DNA of 32,598 nucleotides from Caecitellus pseudoparvulus (Eukaryota > Protista > Bigyra: Bicosoecida): NCBI GenBank assembly GCA_965644315.1, contig CBFFRQ010000009.1, positions 1 to 32,598 of the forward strand. Direction: 5' to 3'. Positions 29,670-32,598 of the stretch are shown piece by piece. Made by a program: the position numbers and the translations under genes. Under the pieces are notes generated by a model. It was not told the DNA's origin, ran no database searches, and saw nothing but the letters and a program-made list of their open reading frames with translations. Numbering within the stretch: position 1 is the first letter of the stretch; each line of letters opens with the position of its first letter.

Positions 29670-32598
29670 TTACAGCTCCACATCAGGCACAGCTGGCGTG
29701 CAAGCCAGCATGGTCATACCATCTTCTGCCGGCACCCAGCGCAGAATGTCGTTGCCGTCACACCCCGCGTTGCTGACACCGTTTGACAGGAGGGACTGCA
29801 CCGCGCTTTGGATGGCGTGCGCTGTCTCTGGGCTCAACTCAGCAAGCCAAGCATCCAGAACGCCAGCGTAGCCCAGCACCAACAAGAACAGCGTCAAGTA
29901 CAAGATCGTCGCTGTGACAGCATAGATGGGCAGTGCCAGCCCACTTCCCTGCTTGCCTGCGAGGGCAAGCTCTTGCTGCACCTTGGCCAGTTGTTGCTGC
30001 GACTCATCCAGAGCAGAGCTTGCTGTCTGCACTGCACTCGCAGCATCAGCGTGCTTGCTCTGCAGATCCGACACAGCTGCCTCCTTCTCCTCACACTGCC
30101 GCTGCAGCGAAGCGGTTTCTTCCTGCAGGGCAGCAGATTCTTTCTGCAGAGAAGCAGTTTTTTCTTGCAGAGCGCCGATGTCGTCTGCCGCAGCTTCCAC
30201 CACGCGTTCAGCCTCCACCATGCTAAGCCACTTACCAAACGCTGTCCGCACCGCAAAGTGCGCCAGCCCACGCTTACGCAACACCGCGAAACGGTCCAAC
30301 ACAGCCATCGCACCACGACGAGCCGACGCCTGCCGCTCCTTCAACGCCCGCTGACGCTCCGCATCACGCTCACTGCTCACATGCCCCTCCAGCGCCTTGG
30401 CCTCCTCCAGCTCCTTCCGCAGCTGCAGCACATGTGCCTGTGACTCGCGCAGGGCCGCCTGATCCGCCTCCGCCTTGCGCTGCGCATGCACCATGGACAC
30501 CCACCGACCCCACGCCAGGGACAGCACACCGTTCTGCTGCACACGCTGCTGCAGCGTCACGAAGCGATGCAACGCCGCCAGCGCATGGGACCGAGTGCGT
30601 CCGTCGGCCGCCGCCAGCTTCACCTTCAGCGCATCGGCCTGCTCAGAGGCGGCCTGCTCAGCTGCATCCTTCTCCTCACACACAGCTGCCAGCCGAGCCT
30701 GCAGATCCTCCTCGGCAGCCGCAGCAGCCTCAGCTTCCCGGTCAGCCTGCACCATGCCTTGCCACTTCCCGAACACCAGCCGCATGGTGGCGGTGGTCAG
30801 AGACCGGCGGTGCAGCGTGAACAGGCGCTGCACTGCCTCCTCCACCTGCTTGTTGCGTGCTGCAGTGAGGGCGTGGCTGTGCTGTGCCTGCAGTTGCTGC
30901 TTCTCGGCTTCGGCAGCCTCTGCTTCAGAAGCGCGTGCTTGCTGGGCTGCCTCCAGCTCTGCAGCCAGTGCACGCACACGGCCTGACAGCTCCTCCTCAG
31001 TGCCACGTGCTGCCTCACTGGCCCGTGCAGCGCACGCCATATCATGCCACTTGCCAAACGCTGTCCGCACCGCAAAGTGCGCCAGCCCACGCTTACGCAA
31101 CACCGCGAAACGGTCCAGCACAGCCATCGCACCACGACGAGCCGACGCCTGCCGCTCCTCCAACGCCCGCTGACGCTCCGCATCACGCTCGCTGCTCACA
31201 TGCCCCTCCAGCGCCTTGGCCTCCTCCAGCTCCTTCCGCAGCTGCAGCACATGTGCCTGTGACTCGCGCAGGGCCGCCTGATCCGCCTCCGCCTTGCGCT
31301 GCGCATGCACCATGGACACCCACCGACCCCATGCCAGGGACAGCACACCGTTCTGCTGCACACGCTGCTGCAGCGTCACGAAGCGATGCAACGCCGCCAG
31401 CGCATGGGACCGTGTGCGCCCGTCGGCTGCCGCCAGCTTCACCTTCAGCGCATCGGCCTGCTCAGAGGCGGCCTGCTCAGCTGCATCCTTCTCCTCACAC
31501 ACAGCTGCCAGCCGAGCCTGCAGATCCTCCTCAGCAGCCGCAGCAGCCTCAGCTTCCCGGTCAGCCTGCACCATGCCTTGCCACTTCCCGAACACCAGCC
31601 GCATGGTGGCGGTGGTCAGAGACCGGCGGTGCAGCGTGAACAGGCGCTGCACTGCCTCCTCCACCTGCTTGTTGCGTGCTGCAGTGAGGGCGTGGCTGTG
31701 CTGTGCCTGCAGTTGCTGCTTCTCGGCTTCGGCAGCCTCTGCTTCGGAAGCGCGTGCTTGCTGGGCTGCCTCCAGCTCTGCAGCCAGTGCACGCACACGG
31801 CCTGACAGCTCCTCCTCAGTGCCACGTGCTGCCTCACTGGCCCGTGCAGCGCACGCCATATCGTGCCACTTGCCAAACGCTGTCCGCACCGCAAAGTGCG
31901 CCAGCCCACGCTTACGCAACACCGCGAAACGGTCCAGCACAGCCATCGCACCACGGCGAGCCGACGCCTGCCGCTCCTCCAGCGCCCGCTGACGCTCCGC
32001 ATCACGCTCACTGCTCACATGCCCCTCCAGCGCCTTGGCCTCCTCCAGCTCCTTCCGCAGCTGCAGCACATGTGCCTGTGACTCGCGCAGGGCCGCCTGA
32101 TCCGCCTCCGCCTTGCGCTGCGCATGCACCATGGACACCCACCGACCCCATGCCAGGGACAGCACACCGTTCTGCTGCACACGCTGCTGCAGCGTCACGA
32201 AGCGATGCAACGCCGCCAGTGCATGGGACCGTGTGCGTCCGTCGGCTGCCGCCAGCTTCACCTTCAGCGCATCGGCCTGCTCAGAGGCGGCCTGCTCAGC
32301 TGCATCCTTCTCCTCACACACAGCTGCCAGCCGAGCCTGCAGATCCTCCTCGGCAGCCGCAGCAGCCTCAGCTTCCCGGTCAGCCTGCACCATGCCTTGC
32401 CACTTCCCGAACACCAGCCGCATGGTGGCGGTGGTCAGAGACCGGCGGTGCAGCGTGAACAGGCGCTGCACTGCCTCCTCCACCTGCTTGTTGCGTGCTG
32501 CAGTGAGGGCGTGGCTGTGCTGTGCCTGCAGTTGCTGCTTCTCAGCTTCGGCAGCCTCTGCTTCAGAAGCGCGTGCTTGCTGGGCTGCCTCCAGCTCT
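29670..32598 (-). CDS. Large coiled-coil protein with 273-aa tandem repeats and a C-terminal transmembrane helix (5' end outside the window)
   Basis: The repeat continues to the window edge; Ala/Glu/Gln-rich heptads; hydrophobic LPIYAVTATILYLTLFLLVLGYAGV near the C-terminus. Confidence 0.88.
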   Translation of the reverse strand, partial: ELEAAQQARASEAEAAEAEKQQLQAQHSHALTAARNKQVEEAVQRLFTLHRRSLTTATMRLVFGKWQGMVQADREAEAAAAAEEDLQARLAAVCEEKDAAEQAASEQADALKVKLAAADGRTRSHALAALHRFVTLQQRVQQNGVLSLAWGRWVSMVHAQRKAEADQAALRESQAHVLQLRKELEEAKALEGHVSSERDAERQRALEERQASARRGAMAVLDRFAVLRKRGLAHFAVRTAFGKWHDMACAARASEAARGTEEELSGRVRALAAELEAAQQARASEAEAAEAEKQQLQAQHSHALTAARNKQVEEAVQRLFTLHRRSLTTATMRLVFGKWQGMVQADREAEAAAAAEEDLQARLAAVCEEKDAAEQAASEQADALKVKLAAADGRTRSHALAALHRFVTLQQRVQQNGVLSLAWGRWVSMVHAQRKAEADQAALRESQAHVLQLRKELEEAKALEGHVSSERDAERQRALEERQASARRGAMAVLDRFAVLRKRGLAHFAVRTAFGKWHDMACAARASEAARGTEEELSGRVRALAAELEAAQQARASEAEAAEAEKQQLQAQHSHALTAARNKQVEEAVQRLFTLHRRSLTTATMRLVFGKWQGMVQADREAEAAAAAEEDLQARLAAVCEEKDAAEQAASEQADALKVKLAAADGRTRSHALAALHRFVTLQQRVQQNGVLSLAWGRWVSMVHAQRKAEADQAALRESQAHVLQLRKELEEAKALEGHVSSERDAERQRALKERQASARRGAMAVLDRFAVLRKRGLAHFAVRTAFGKWLSMVEAERVVEAAADDIGALQEKTASLQKESAALQEETASLQRQCEEKEAAVSDLQSKHADAASAVQTASSALDESQQQLAKVQQELALAGKQGSGLALPIYAVTATILYLTLFLLVLGYAGVLDAWLAELSPETAHAIQSAVQSLLSNGVSNAGCDGNDILRWVPAEDGMTMLACTPAVPDVEL
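30227..32598. repeat. 819-bp near-identical coding tandem repeat, at least 2.9 copies
   Basis: The ORF track recurs at +819 (30475/31294, 30884/31703, 31044/31863). Confidence 0.97.

Overview
This is the left end of a GC-rich eukaryotic (probably protist) chromosome. It opens with a perfect (CCCTAA)n telomere (1-1671). Next comes an unusual ~7.6 kb subtelomere: a telomere-capped unit carrying a ~694-aa ORF, then a 12-unit interstitial telomere tract, then a nearly identical but 5'-truncated copy of the same unit, and a convergent spliced orphan gene whose stop codon lies in a telomere-like seed at the junction. From ~9.3 kb onward lies a dense block of housekeeping-type genes with short GT-AG introns, nearly all on the minus strand: prolyl oligopeptidase, an ankyrin/acidic-repeat protein, a divergent Ran, TFIIF beta, a SPRY protein, PIF1, a membrane protein, a DEAD-box helicase, U2AF65 and a large coiled-coil protein with 819-bp repeats. 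The most notable signal is the head-to-tail, telomere-punctuated, 5'-truncated array. It resembles telomere-attaching retroelements (HeT-A/Athena-like), but I see no reverse transcriptase; the ORF instead shows candidate RRM-like and papain-type Cys-His-Asn motifs. A DNA-level healing plus break-induced replication origin is an equally valid alternative. All protein calls are by eye from motifs, and exon boundaries were derived manually.
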